From Octopus vulgaris (lineage: Eukaryota): DNA of 64,000 nucleotides. Every line of letters begins with the position of its first letter. Position 1 is the stretch's first letter. A program made the translations under genes and the position numbers. Location: positions 82,894,001-82,958,000 of the forward strand of contig OX597818.1 of the NCBI GenBank assembly GCA_951406725.2, given 5' to 3'. This document shows, piece after piece, positions 39,906 to 54,245 of the stretch. The notes beneath the pieces are model-generated. The model had not been told where the DNA came from and ran no database searches. It was given only the letters and a program-made list of their open reading frames with translations.

Positions 39906-41160
39906 TTGAGTCATCCCAAGAAAAATGCGGTTTTTCCAGTTGCATTAGCTAAAAGTCGGAGTGGGACGGGATAAACTACCTGCATCAACTTGCTATAAAA
40001 ACATGTAGTAATTTTTCCCCTGTCCTTATTCTTAGCGTAAGTTTTGAATAGTGCAGTTCGATTTTAACACTTATTTTTTCAGATTTAAAATGGAAGTGAC
40101 AAAAGAGCATATTCGGCATATTTTGATTTATAAGTTCGGTAAAGGCAACAGCGCAACGAAAAGTGCGAGGACTATTAATGCAGTGTATGGGGATCGGTCA
40201 ATAAGCGTAAGCCAGTGTCAACGGTTGTTCCAGAAATTCAGACCCGGAAACTACGGCCTAGAAGATGAGTCTCATATTGGAAGATCTACAGAGCTTGACG
40301 AGGAGGTCCTGCAAAACCTTGGTGGAACAAAATCCTATCGTAATTGCTGAGCAACTAGAAGAGAAGCTTGGATTTGGTCTTTCAACCATTTATTGACATC
40401 TGCGTAACATCGGAAAAGTCAGCAAATTGGATTAGTGTGTTCATCACAAACTTTACGAATCTAATCGCGCGCAGAGACTGAATTATTCCCTTCTTTGCTG
40501 TCACGTCTCACGAATGAACATCTTTTGGACCGAATAGTGACTGTTGATGAGAAATGGGTAGTCTCTAAAAACGTCGAACGCCGAAGTCAGTGGCTAGGGA
40601 AAGGAGAAACATTTACAGCCCAGGCTAATGAAGGTCTTCACTCACGTAAGGTGTGCATATTTGTTTGTTAGGACATGAAGGGTTCAGTCCACTTTGAACT
40701 TTTCAACCCAAATCAAAGGATAACAAAGGTGATCTACTGCGAGCAGTTTGGGCGGTTTAAGTCAGCGCTAGAGGAAAAACGACTATCTTTGGTTCCAAGA
40801 CGAAAGGTAATTTTCCATCAGGATAATGCTCGGCTACATACAGCGAGGATGACATTCCAAAGGCTGGAACACTTTCAATAGCAAACGATGCTACAGTCAA
40901 TAAGCTATCTGATTATCATTTATTCCGCAGTCATCAAAATCGTTTGGACAGGAAAAATATGAATTCTGTAAACGAGGTCAAAGGAATACTGTACGTCACG
41001 GACGAGTGAATTCTGGAAGAGGGGTCTTGCAATTCTAGGAGATAGATTGAAGAGCATTGTAGAAAATGAAGGAGAGTATATTTTAGATTAAAAAAGAACT
41101 TTGTTTATTTTAATTCTGAAAAATAAAAGTATAAAAAAACCGCACTATTTATGGGATGAC

Positions 41161-41164
<4 letters not shown>
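39906..41164 (+). mobile_element. Full-length decayed mariner transposon; transposase pseudogene 40090-41091
   Basis: TIRs TTGAGTCATCCCAAGAAAAATGCGGTTTTT / AAAAACCGCACTATTTATGGGATGACCCAA with TA flanks; RIVTVDEKW, FHQDNARLH, SDYHLFRS, ENEGEYILD*; contains stops and frameshifts. Confidence 0.95.
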
Positions 41165-41236
<72 letters not shown>

Positions 41237-42099
41237 GGTAGATAGATACATCAAACTGATCAAACATATCTACTATCTGAAGCATTGCAACTGTGAGTAC
41301 CCCGTTCTTTAGAAGGGTATTGATATACTTTAGTCACCATATTCCTGTTAATGGTAACGCTAAAATAATTTTGGGAGTTTTCGTTAATGGTTTAGTATTC
41401 TAATGAGAGGTAATGCGTTAAAGAGTTACGACCCATTGGATACTATACAGAACTGTAGTAAATGCCTCAGTCCTCACACTCAATGCATTTGGAAACAATT
41501 AACTCATTTTGACATCGCCAAAATTTATTGCATTAGGAATAGATAAAAACATTCCAGCAAAACGTACAGTGATTTGATCAGGCGTCAATTAAATTGAGTG
41601 AGATTTCATTTGCACACTACATTAACAAGTAATTAACTGACTCAGATAACATTTGCGTTCATAACATAGGACTCGGCTGTCCCAGATATTTTGCATACAC
41701 GTTGACGAAAGCAATAAAAAAAAAGCAATAAAAATTTTGTAAACACCGCCTTCGGTTACGAGTCAATAAAAAAGCTTCTGGACCGTAAATTGATACTCTA
41801 AATGTAGCTGCCAAATCTTACCCATATATCATAATCTAGGGTACACTGGATTATGTAGATCTAGATGAAGTATACATGAATAAAAAAGATAGATGTTTCA
41901 GACTAAAGAAATTTCCTTGGAGTTTTTTCTGAGTTGGATTATGGGAGGATTAGGACAAACAATCATATCGATAGAATAATGAAGGTTCCAAGATGAAAAA
42001 TAAAGGAATCACTCTCACATCATCTTATACTATATTCTTGCAGAATATTATTGCATCAATTATCTAATCCCCACCCCACAACATGGTGCTACAGTAATT

Positions 42100-42480
42100 T
42101 GCCAGCTACAGCTTTCGATCCTCCCGAAAGGAAAATTTGTTCAAGAAGCCAACATTCATATCCTCAATTTGGTCTTCGTCCCAACCCTCATTTATGGTTA
42201 TGAATGTGGCTTAATAACCGAAAGAGTTCAATCTCGAATACAAGCGAGTGAATTGGGGCTCCGCCAATGGATCTGTGAAGGAATATTACTCGATCTTGTT
42301 TAACTCTATTATCACGGAGTCTCCGCATTGAGAGTCAAAACTCTGTTACTACTGTAGGAAAGGAACTGCAAGACGGATCCTACGAGCCGAGCCAGCTGGC
42401 CGGAGACCTAGGTGTAGACCAGGAACAAGATGATTGGATTCGTCACTCTGAGAATCCACCATCATAGTTATTTGATAGTT
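42100..42480 (+). mobile_element. RTE-clade LINE 3' coding remnant
   Basis: VPTLIYGYEC..TERVQSRIQASELG and RTARRILRAEPAGRRPRCRPGTR*LD. Confidence 0.8.
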
Positions 42481-43046
42481 GCTTCTTATAGCAACATACA
42501 GATGAATTGTCTCAGAATTTTATCACCACAAGCTTGCCTGGTGGAGCTAGTGCAGAAGGTTGAAGGATTGAGCATCAGACAAAATATCATGTTGTTGTCG
42601 CTATTGGTTCAGATTTCAAATCTCGGCGAGGTAAAATTTGCATTTTGTCACTTCGGTGTCTTTAAACCATTGTACAAGAAAATATCAAGCGCCGGTATAA
42701 TTGGCTGAAAACGTAACACTAGCAGTTACTGGCATTATGTATGTGACGTCTCCCACGTTTCTCTTTCAAATGTAAGAGTGGAGCATGGATGGTAAATTTA
42801 GCTGCAATTTCCAGCAATTCGAACAATCGTATAGTAACGTTTTGGCAAGATGTTGAAAGTTTAGAAATAAGAAGTTTAGAAATAAGAAACATTATGTAGT
42901 TCAGACATTGGCGTACAAAACACATAAATCGAATATATTGATGATCAGTCAGATCGATTGTCTATATATTGATCGATAGATCTGATAACTAAAATGGCAA
43001 GCAATACTATTTTGTTTCTCGCACTAGTGCTCAAATGATGCTATAA

Positions 43047-43330
<284 letters not shown>

Positions 43331-43930
43331 GCGTCTGTGTATAATGTATGTTATAATGTATAATATGTTATATTATATTATAGTATATTAGGTTACCTAA
43401 GGATTGTTATTTAATTAGAAAGGCAAATATATCAAATAAATGACACACGAAAGTACTGAATTGAGTAATCCGTATTAGATAAGTTCTATGTCCTTAGAAA
43501 TATGTTATCAAATATATTTCTTTCGTTCACTATGAACTAACGAAGTGTATAGCGTGAATGTCTGTGGAAAATGTCTCTTTTCATTCTTTGCTTTTCGTAC
43601 AGACATACAGCAAACGCATATATTTGTATGTGTACACACACACACAATATATATATACATATATATATATGCACACAGAATGAGAGGGAGAAATAGGTGT
43701 ATATATATGTGTGTGTGTGTGGGTGGGTGAGTGGTGCCTGTGTCTTTGAATGTGTGCGTGTGAGTGCATGTGTGTGTAGTCGTCACAAAATCTATGGAGA
43801 CATGTGTACAGTCAACATTCACACACAATTTATATATATATACGCATTCTATACTGAAATTTCGTATAAAGTCTGAATATGATATATCGACAGTAAACGG
43901 CACCAAAAACAGTAATGCAATTACACCTGA

Positions 43931-43968
<38 letters not shown>

Positions 43969-44637
43969 ACACACATACATACATACGAGCACATATATAT
44001 ATGAATATGTGTGTATGTATATTTATAGTTATATTTATGTATGTGTAAGCATACCGTATCATCATATATTCAGAAATACTTGTCTCTATATGATTATTAA
44101 ATCAAAAAGTTGACATATTAGTCAGAGTTTCACGGCAGACTGGCCTGTTTACGGATTACTGTATATCTAAATATACTACATATAAATGTTAGTATTTTTA
44201 TATCAAGTTACACATAACGTCAGTTTAGCATTACATTTTAGGTTACTTACTACATTTTAGAAGAGTACAGATTTTCTTATTTAAATGCTATAACTTAGAT
44301 ACCGCGGGAGAATTTGAATTAGTTCTTGTTATAACGATGAAATTCAGAGTAGAAAAAACGGCGGCAAACGCACTAGGCATGTACGTTCTGTATGTGTGGG
44401 CGATAATGTATATTGCAAGAGATGCTTCTATTTTATATTTGAATTCATTCGTACATATATAAATACATACATATATACGTACATACAAACATACATACAT
44501 ACATACATACATATATACATACCTACATGCATGAATACATACACATATGCACACATACATACATATATGCAAACGTACATATATATATATATATACATAC
44601 GTGTATATATATATACATATATATATATGTGTGTGTG

Positions 44638-44682
<45 letters not shown>

Positions 44683-44744
44683 GTGTGTGTGTGTGTATGT
44701 GTGTGTGTATGTGCCTGTGTACATATCTAAACGACTATATGTTT

Positions 44745-45275
44745 GTACATCCATCATGTCTGTCACCTGTGATGGAGGAAGACCATCATGGCTATTAAGC
44801 ACCGATGCCCAAGAAATAACTATGCCATTTTTTATATGTCCAATAAGCCTTTCAAATCACATCATAAACCCTGTCCCCACTATTAATCTGATCCTGAGAG
44901 AAGCGGAAAAAAAAGTCTAGTGCCAATGTGTCCCTGGCTCAGGAATGTGGGAGTATCATTATAGAAAACTCAAGCAAAGGATTCCCAAATTGTCCAGTTT
45001 CATTTCCTGCATGTCTGGCTTTTTATCAGAGTGATGTTCTCCTAGTGACATGCTTGAACGAAAGTTCAGTGGTGCCTCACTCTATGCAGTCTTCCCACAA
45101 AATTTCTTAGTGTTCGTGCTAACCTTAGATAATCGTTGAACCTTCACTTGGTTCATCCGTTCTTTTGACATTTCTTGCGTTTAGTCTTGCTAGGTTTCCA
45201 GGAAACCCCCTCACCAGGATATACTTGTAAGGGTGGTGAGGGTACCTATTTGTTGACGATGATACGAGACCATCC
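44745..45275 (-). mobile_element. Possible 5' end (UTR plus AP-endonuclease start) of an RTE-like LINE
   Basis: Decayed LDNLGI..CLS..HIPEPG..GTGFMM motifs; weak. Confidence 0.35.
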
Positions 45276-45321
45276 AACAGGTTGTACACACACATACACG
45301 CAGGCATGCGTGCACAACCTG

Positions 45322-45864
45322 TTCTGTAAAAAAAATTCATCCTATATTAGTAGTAGACTTATTACTACTCGCTATAGGGACTGGTAACCACTGTAACGTG
45401 TAGTGGAGAACAGTCAACACGTTGTGCTGAGGCTGACCAAAGAATTTTATTTTTAGATATATCTGGGTTACTTGTATGTGCTCATGATTTTTGCTCGGCT
45501 TTTTTCCATGGGCGCATGTAAGTATCTTATTTATATAATTTCACATGTTCTACTGAAGAGGAAAGAATCTTTTATGAGATTAATTCCGAAATTGATTCAA
45601 TATAGAAATAACGAACTTTTTAAAAAAATTCTATCGGCCGGCTTCCCCGATTTCAGTTCTTCGTGTTTTTTTTCTGTAGCGAATAAATAATGTGTGGAAA
45701 TTGGCGATTTAAAAGTCTGTTATCAGCATATTGGCATTGAAATAATTTTCTTTAGCCCTTATATATAAGTTGTTTATAATTTTAACCGTAAAGGTATTTT
45801 AATATGCTGCCACATTTTTTGATGGAATTTTTTTCTGTAAAAAAAACTTCATCCTATATTAGTA
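45322..45864 (+). mobile_element. Non-coding hammerhead-bearing element with ~31 bp terminal direct repeat (retrozyme/PLE pLTR-like)
   Basis: TTCTGTAAAAAAAA(C)TTCATCCTATATTAGTA at 45322-45352 and 45833-45864; internal HHR; ends in (TA)n. Confidence 0.8.
45548..45607 (+). ncRNA. Type I hammerhead ribozyme with intact core
   Basis: TTCTA-CTGAAGA-GGAA[AG-AATCTT-TTAT-GAGATT-AA]TTCC-GAAA-TTGA-T-TCAA-TA-TAGAA; predicted cleavage after A45602 (AUA triplet). Confidence 0.85.
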
Positions 45865-45881
45865 TATATATATATATATAC

Positions 45882-45931
<50 letters not shown>

Positions 45932-47617
45932 TTTAACTGCTATTTCTAAATTTCAGTATGTAGTGAAGCAATTTGCTGAACCCTAATTATAATTATGTTT
46001 ATAATTAATATATATATATATATACATATATATACACACACATCACATTTACTTCGTAGTTCTCTCATCACAAAGAATTCTACAATGCATCTAATGAATC
46101 TTTGATAATTTAATACTATATATTAGTCTAAGAAACAATATTAATTTAATTTATTGATCGCTTAATTATTGTTAATTAGATATGCACTACATACCTTCAC
46201 ATATATCTACATACATAAATGCAAACATACATTCTTACTTAGGTATTTATATATGTATTATGTGACCCCTATGCAAAAGGGTTTTAACCCCATATACATA
46301 TGTAATTATTCACAGCTCGAGTTTTACAGCGAAAACAAATTATTTCATATTCCCTGCTGTTGTCTACAATTTTGACGTAAACAACCTGTCTATCTATAAA
46401 TGTCTTCAATGTGTAAGGCATAATTAAGTATGACTACTTTTTAATGTGTGTGTGTTTGTGTTTGAGCGTTTGGGAGAGAATCTGTGTGTATTCGCACATA
46501 TTTATGTACGTTTTAAAAGAAAATTAACGGAAACATTATTAGTCGGTGTTCATGTCGACTAAGAAGCAGCTAAATATTAAATGTTAACAATATCAATAAA
46601 TGACTACAGAGTATTCGAAGGTTTGAAGAAACATTTCTCTACATCCAATGTGCCTAGTCTAATCGAAAAGAGAATACATTTATAGTTAGGAGATAGATTG
46701 TGGTGTGATTCATACACAGAATAAATTAGCACGCAAAAGAGACAGCGCTAACGAGAACAAGAAAATGTTACAAAACGACCATGAATACGTGTGTACCGAT
46801 AGACAGGAACATTAGGGGGCTAATCAATAGGTTCTTTATGCGACCCATCTGGAAACAAATTAACTCTTCAAATATCAATTTCAAGACACGATAATATTTA
46901 TCTGGTCGAATTGGAGATATCATATACACAATTATAAAGAGTGGTAATATTTATCCCAACTTAACTGTGAATATTCTTTTAGAACAAACTATACTGTAAT
47001 AGATACCATAAGAGAATCTCTCATATTGGCTTTCGGTGCCAAATGCACTCTTGTTTATATTGCTAGTGGCAAGATAATCCCTCACCACAAAGACCACCTG
47101 GTCATGTGATTTCAACCTTCCTTGGTCTCGTCAATGATGGATGCTCGACTGATAGAGATAGCAGTATGAAAGTAGAATGCCAGTGCTGGACACAAAATAC
47201 CTAGATTATCTTTACCACATAACACAAAGCTTTGCGCGTATTAAATCACATAGGTCTGTGCTGATGAAAAACATTAATAAAATCTTTTGAACTAGATATC
47301 TATCTCCAGTAAAACACGACCCTCCATTACAATATGTTATTAAAACGTAACAAAACAAATCATCAGACTCGGTATATAAAGAATATTATATGTTAAGAGC
47401 CATAAATTCTTCAAACAACGCAAAATCACTTAGCACTGAACACACATCGCTGAGTAGCACAAATAACACAAAAAGTTAAAGATAACCACTAAGAAACCAA
47501 GAAACGGGAAAATGAACAGTATAGGAGATCTAGTGCTCTCTATATACAATTCCCCGAGCTACTAGATAAACTAGATTGTAACGAACAAAAAGGCCATACA
47601 CCACACACAGACACACA

Positions 47618-47685
<68 letters not shown>

Positions 47686-48943
47686 GAAACAGATAAACAC
47701 ATACATGCACATCCAAGCGATGCATGAATAAAACCAAGACTGCATGCCGGATAATTGTGATTCAGTATCTCTTAACTTGGCATTACATCTACCCTCGTCT
47801 TTCAGTGATTCATTCATCACTGATATATTGTGAACTGAGTTACACTTATCACGAATTGATATTTGATAAACGGGTCGGCAATCAGTTAAATATTCTGTTT
47901 GATAACGAAAGCGCTGATTTATCCACAATCCTTAGGAAAATGTGGTGTCTTAGAACGAAACAAATTTTCATTATGTGTTCTATTATTCATTTTAAAGAAA
48001 AACTAACACTAGTGAAAAACAAGAATAAACCTAATTTATAATCTTAAGCTGAGTAACAAGCAGAAATGATGCATTTGGAATGACTCTGAGAGGAGGCAAT
48101 AACTGGTAACAATCGGTCACATTATTTGGGTGCTCCATATAAGCTGTACTTGAAACCATGTCTGAATTGCAACCTTCTTTCAATAGAAGATATGCGAAGA
48201 AATAAAGAGTCGCTGCTGTACAAAAATCCCATGAGTACAACTTCGAATCTGTTGTAGAAAATGAGTCGAGTGTCAGTATGATTTATCTGGGATATATACT
48301 ACCACGACATGCATGATGTTTAAGTCAAACCGACTCGACATCATCTTAAATGACATATCGTATATCTTCGTGGATAAATCGCACTGTTTTATGATAGATC
48401 TAAACGGGAAAAACTGTGTACGACATTTACACGGGAAAATACTAAAAATATGATGGGTAAAAATTTTCCTACCAAGATTTAATATCAAATTGATGGTTCG
48501 TCTAATACTTGGGAGCTGCTTATACACAAGTAAAACAGTATGTATGAATTGGTAAGGAAAAAAAACAAAAGGCTCGCTCATGGCACTGCAGGAAACTTAG
48601 GCTCATGGCACTCCTGGAAGCTTAGACTCAAATGGCTTGTTCAAATGACAACAATATCACCGTAAAATAATTTTAAATGCTAAGGGTAGAGAAATTTCGG
48701 TTGAAGTAACGATAACAAGTCTTATTGATACAAGTGTTATGTCGACCATTATAAAAGGAGCTGCGAAACGTCGTAAAGAAATAAAAGAAAATCTGTCCAT
48801 TAACGTTACTTAGAAAAGAGGATTCCTAGGAAGGGTCCATAATCATAAAATAACACAGTTAAGTCTAAATCTGCTGACCTTTAGCGAGTCTGATAGGCAC
48901 TGGTAGAGTTAGTGTTCAACAAAATAATAACAGTAACATCAAC

Positions 48944-49001
<58 letters not shown>

Positions 49002-49124
49002 CCATAGTGGTGGTGGTGGTGGTGGTGGCGTTGGTTGTGGTGTTGGTGTTGGTGGTGATACTAGTAGTGTGGCAGCAACAGCAGCAGCAGCAGTAGTAGT
49101 AATGGTAGTATTAATAACAACAAT

Positions 49125-49700
49125 GCTTTCTAATGTAGGCACGAGGCCTGAAATTTGAGGGAAGGGATTAAGTTGATTGCATCGACCCCAGTACTCAACT
49201 GGTACTTATTTAATCAACACCGAAAGGATGCAAAGTCGACCTCAGCGGAATTTGAACTGATAATGTAAAGGCGGAAGAAATGCCGTTAAGCATTTTTATC
49301 CAGCGTTCTAGCCCGCTACCTTCTTCTTAGAAAAGTAATAACGGTTTCAAATTTTGTCATGAGGCTAGCAACTTCGTAGGAGGGGATACGTCGAATAAAT
49401 CGATACCAATGCTCGGCTGGTACTTATTTTATCGATGATTCCGAAATACTGAAAAGCAATTTCAGTATCTCGCCAGAATGTTAAGCCATAAGAAATGCTG
49501 CTCAATATTTTAACAGGTTTCCGCCGTGGTCGACTTTGCATTTCATCCTTTTGGGGTAGATAAATTAAATACCAGTTGCGTCCTGGGTCGATCTAATCAA
49601 TTGGTCCTACTCCACCAAAATTTCGGGCCTTGTGCCTAGAGAACAAAAAAAAAAAAAACAGACTGGAGGGTACTCTAACGCTTCTGCCAGCACGTCACCT

Positions 49701-49764
<64 letters not shown>

Positions 49765-49769
49765 GTAAC

Positions 49770-49822
<53 letters not shown>

Positions 49823-49980
49823 AGATGATTATGGTGGTGATTTCAAATTTTGCCACTAGGGCAGCAATTTTGAGAGAGGGGATAAACCGATTACAATGTC
49901 GGCCTCGGCGGAATTTGAACTCAGAACGTAGCAACAGCAGAGATGCCGCTAAGCATTTCCTCTGGCGGTGAGCTGGCAGA
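49125..49980. mobile_element. Cluster of SINE family A copies and fragments in both orientations, interleaved with (TAA)n
   Basis: Family A motifs at 49125-49320 (-), 49345-49510 (-), 49515-49640 (+) and 49840-49980. Confidence 0.85.
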
Positions 49981-50145
<165 letters not shown>

Positions 50146-51122
50146 TGAGAGAATCATAATTTCTTTGTGAATTCATATTCCTAAGTTAGATGTTTTTTCT
50201 TTTTTCATTTATTATCATTCTTCTTTTGTATTTAAATAAAAGAGATATTTCTGAATTCTAAACCGCCTATAAACTTACTTACAGTACACAGTTCGCTTTT
50301 AAAATATTAGACAAACATCAATAGGTCTATGATCTCCAGACGTGACAATAATCCAATTTTAACAAAACAAAAAAAATATCAACTAAAAAAAAAGACGAAG
50401 AATAAAGAAAAAAAAGAAAAAAAATCTTCTTGAATGCATAATTAATGCACAGTTTCGTATTCCTAGTTTCGTATACAATTCTGATATTTTTTTTAGGTTT
50501 TGCTTACTCTTTTTGTCCTATCTATTCGAGTTTATTTTAATGTTATTTTATGATTTTTCGGCGGTTATTAACATCGTTGTTGTTTTGTTCTGTCCGCCAT
50601 ATTTGATCTATTATTTGGTATTATTGCATACTTTATATTTATATATGATTTACTTTGTTTTATTCCTATTTTATTTGCGTATTTTTTTGGTGATTCCTTT
50701 TATATTTGTTGTTTTTTCTTTCTTGTATTCTGTCATTACTTTGGCTGCGTGTCTTCATCTAAGTTGTTGATATGAGATGACAGTCGGGATTGAAACGGCT
50801 GATGAAAACCTAAATCTACAAATATGGAAAACTTCCAACATACTAAAATACAAACAATCATACATCACGTACATCATAGATACGAATACACACACACATA
50901 CACACACCTACACAAATATGCAAATATACTCTGGTATGTATATATGCATACATTTATATACAAATATATATATATATATATATGTATATGTATATATTTA
51001 TATATATGGGTGTGGGCGTCGGTGGGTGGGCGCGTGCATATACATACACATGCTTGCATATTTATATAGTCATGAATACCAAAAAGCACATGGATACATT
51101 GATATACATACATACATATATA

Positions 51123-51202
<80 letters not shown>

Positions 51203-51203
51203 A

Positions 51204-51296
51204 AGTTAATCCAAACAAGAAAACACAAAAACAAAAAAAAACACAACAACGCGAGGACGTGGAACAAATAAAGTATTATTGGACGCTCAGGAAAGA
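51204..51296 (-). mobile_element. Truncated copy of the 36040-36250 module (stops before the hammerhead)
   Basis: Reverse-complement match to 36165-36250; abuts (TA)n. Confidence 0.8.
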
Positions 51297-51539
51297 TATA
51301 TACAGTTATCAGCAAATGCTTGAGAAATATGTATATGTGAATTTCCTGTGCCATACAATCAACAGGTGCTCATTGTCAGGAAAGGTGGCCAAAAGGTAAA
51401 ACTGACTTTTAAAACGTAAAATCACAAATTTGTTTCTTTGTCGAATGTGACAGAGCAGAGTTCTTCCAAATTTGACTTACTTCTGAATATATTACATTTA
51501 AACAAATTCTCATTTTTTTTTTGTCTAGAATGGTAAACA

Positions 51540-51735
51540 CTCTCCTTCGGTCATGAACGACCATGTGATTCTACGCAGAAAGTTCCCCTCGAAAGCACAA
51601 GTCTGTGCAAGGTTGTGTCTTGAAGGCCAGCAGTCGCCCATGCATACTAACCTCCACTTTCATGTCACCGATGTTATCCAACGGAAAGGCAATGGTCGAT
51701 ACAGCATGATACCTGTGACGTCGCAACTCGTGTCC
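51540..51735 (-). mobile_element. SINE family C 3' part
   Basis: Direct match to 56875-57070. Confidence 0.8.
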
Positions 51736-52507
51736 ATAATTTGTGCTGTAATATGTGCTGTCTTATTGCCATAATCACAGCAATTTAGTGAATAATTCTA
51801 GAGTTCTACCCTCCACGAGGCTCACTTCTGCCGGAACTAATTCATTTATTTTTTTCTTCCTACTCACTCTTAGTATTTTCTTTTACCTCTTTATTTTGTC
51901 ACTGGGCGCTTCTCTTCACTACGTGCATTCCCTTATTCAAAGCCATTATTTAGTATTGTAAATAAAGAAAAAAGGGATCGCATCTCGGCAGACACATTAT
52001 CACAGAGACTATTCCTAATGGCATTTCATCTGGACTAACACGCTGAGTTCAAATTTCCCTGATGTCGTTACTGCCTTTCGTCCTTTCGCGAGGATCGTTA
52101 AGACAAGAACCAGCGCAGCACTGCAGTCTAGCCCCGCCTCTCAAATTTTATACCTTGTTCCTATACTAGAAAGAATTATTTTAGTGATGTATTCATATTT
52201 CCCCTCTCTATCACGTACAAGGTATTCGTAGTTTTAGCGCAATGGGAGAGAGAAAACATATCTTTGGCAGCAGAGACAAGCAGAGTTTAGCTACGTGAAA
52301 TAGTTTCTATCGTATATTCAAACAACATTTTAGTTTCTACAATTGGGAATCATAATAAGAGCAACGTTTTCAGCTGTCAACGAAAGTTTGTAAATATCAA
52401 TCTCTCCTCCGATTTTGAACAAATTTCTTCATTTAACATTACTTCTTTCTTCATTCAAAAAACTTTCGTCTTTATACTTTTAAAAGACAGTTGGCGTGCT
52501 AGTAATA

Positions 52508-52693
52508 CAGGGTGCGGTAGAAAAATCATCTTTATTTTACACGGCTATTTCTCTCGTACTGATAAAGATAGGTAAATAGTAAGAGAGCTTTAATCTAGGT
52601 AATGGTTTACCTTTAATTTGCATACACCGACCGTTTGCCGTTGAAACTTTTATAGCAAATGGTGTATCTAGAGATTTCTTTTACTGCACATTG
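52508..52693. mobile_element. Tc1/mariner-type MITE
   Basis: TA-CAGGGTGCGGTAGAAAAATC...GATTTCTTTTACTGCACATTG-TA. Confidence 0.7.
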
Positions 52694-53029
52694 TACGAAA
52701 CATATCATGATCTTGGCAAGTCAAGGAGTTTAATTCTTACTCCTTAATATATTTTTGCTTGCTCCGTACTGTCTTTGCAATATAACTATGAGAGAAAATG
52801 CAAACATTGTATTACCTGAAATATAATATAGCAGCTAATTTATTTGATATGAGACTAGTCTACATGCCAAATTATAGGAAGCAAGTCTTTTCTCATTAGT
52901 ATTGGAAAGAAAATAACTCTGTTCATGGCAGATGTATGCAATTTAGGTTCGTTCACTACGCTTGCTTGTAAATAAATATATAGAACATGTTTTGACTGAC
53001 GCGACTTCTAGCAATGATCAGTGGAGCAT

Positions 53030-53083
<54 letters not shown>

Positions 53084-53100
53084 CGTGCCTGTGTGTGTGC

Positions 53101-53135
<35 letters not shown>

Positions 53136-53151
53136 TACACACACGCACACA

Positions 53152-53217
<66 letters not shown>

Positions 53218-53971
53218 AACAACGCGACAGAAATACGTATCACTGCGTACATATAATGTATAAGTATATACATAAATATATATCTAGATACAGATGACTA
53301 GATAAAAATATATGAATGTGTGTGTGTGTGTCTGCGCGCGCGTGTGTGTGTGTGTGTGTGTGTCTGTGCGTGTGCGTGTATAATCTGATTCCGCATTACA
53401 TCCTTCGAAGAAATTTTGCTCAGACGGTATTATTAAACCTGATACTTGTAATACACAATCCAACGTGCAATCGACTGGTAAGTTACCCAGAAATACATGA
53501 TTTTGAAACGAACTTCTACAGAACGCAGCCTCAATTACGCCAATGCGTTTTTCTTATGATTATTATATTCAAACAATATGCAATCATTGATACGAGGAAT
53601 AACAACGATGTTGCTAAATACGGCAGCACTACGTTTAATAAGTAATCCTTCGGTTAATAGAGAATCGCAAGATTTCTCTGGAAGATATAATTGGAATATG
53701 TTTCAAAGTTTCAGATCGAACTAATTATTTCCTATCATCTGTGATTTATCTATGTGATTGTTCTTCAAATACAAACACAACTCAGCGTACGGCAATGATA
53801 GATTCCAAGACATGCAGCTTAACGCGATAGACAAACTAAGAGACAAAAACATCAGCCTATTTGTTTTTATAAATGGTTTGTATACATCTTCATAAGTATT
53901 TTATTTTATTTTTCCAATATATTGTTTGTTTTTAGGTGATTTTTTTGTGCCTAATTGTTTTACACTTTTAG

Positions 53972-54143
53972 ATATTCGAAGAGGCCAACGTCGGATTGAT
54001 CGAGGTCGGTTCGCGGTCGGATACGTCCGAGGTAGGATAGATTGAGGACGGATTGATCGAAGACGGATTGATCGAGATCAGATCGAGGTCGAATAGATCG
54101 AGGATGAAAAGATCGTCAAAAGAGAGATCGAGTAGAGATGAGG
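53972..54143 (+). repeat. Degenerate ~15 bp CpG-rich repeat (CGGATTGATCGAGGN)
   Basis: About 8-10 GATCGA-containing units, bounded by TTTTAG and GTAATT. Confidence 0.7.
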
Positions 54144-54245
54144 GTAATTTTCTACCCATTAATTTCTTTAAAATAAAAAGGACGGAAATTTGGAAACGAA
54201 TATGAAATAATGTAATTTGTAGTATGCCTCTAACGTTTACTATTG

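Noticed and set aside
48576-48630. 25 bp tandem duplication GCTCATGGCACTGCAGGAAACTTAG
   Set aside because: About two copies; an ordinary local duplication.
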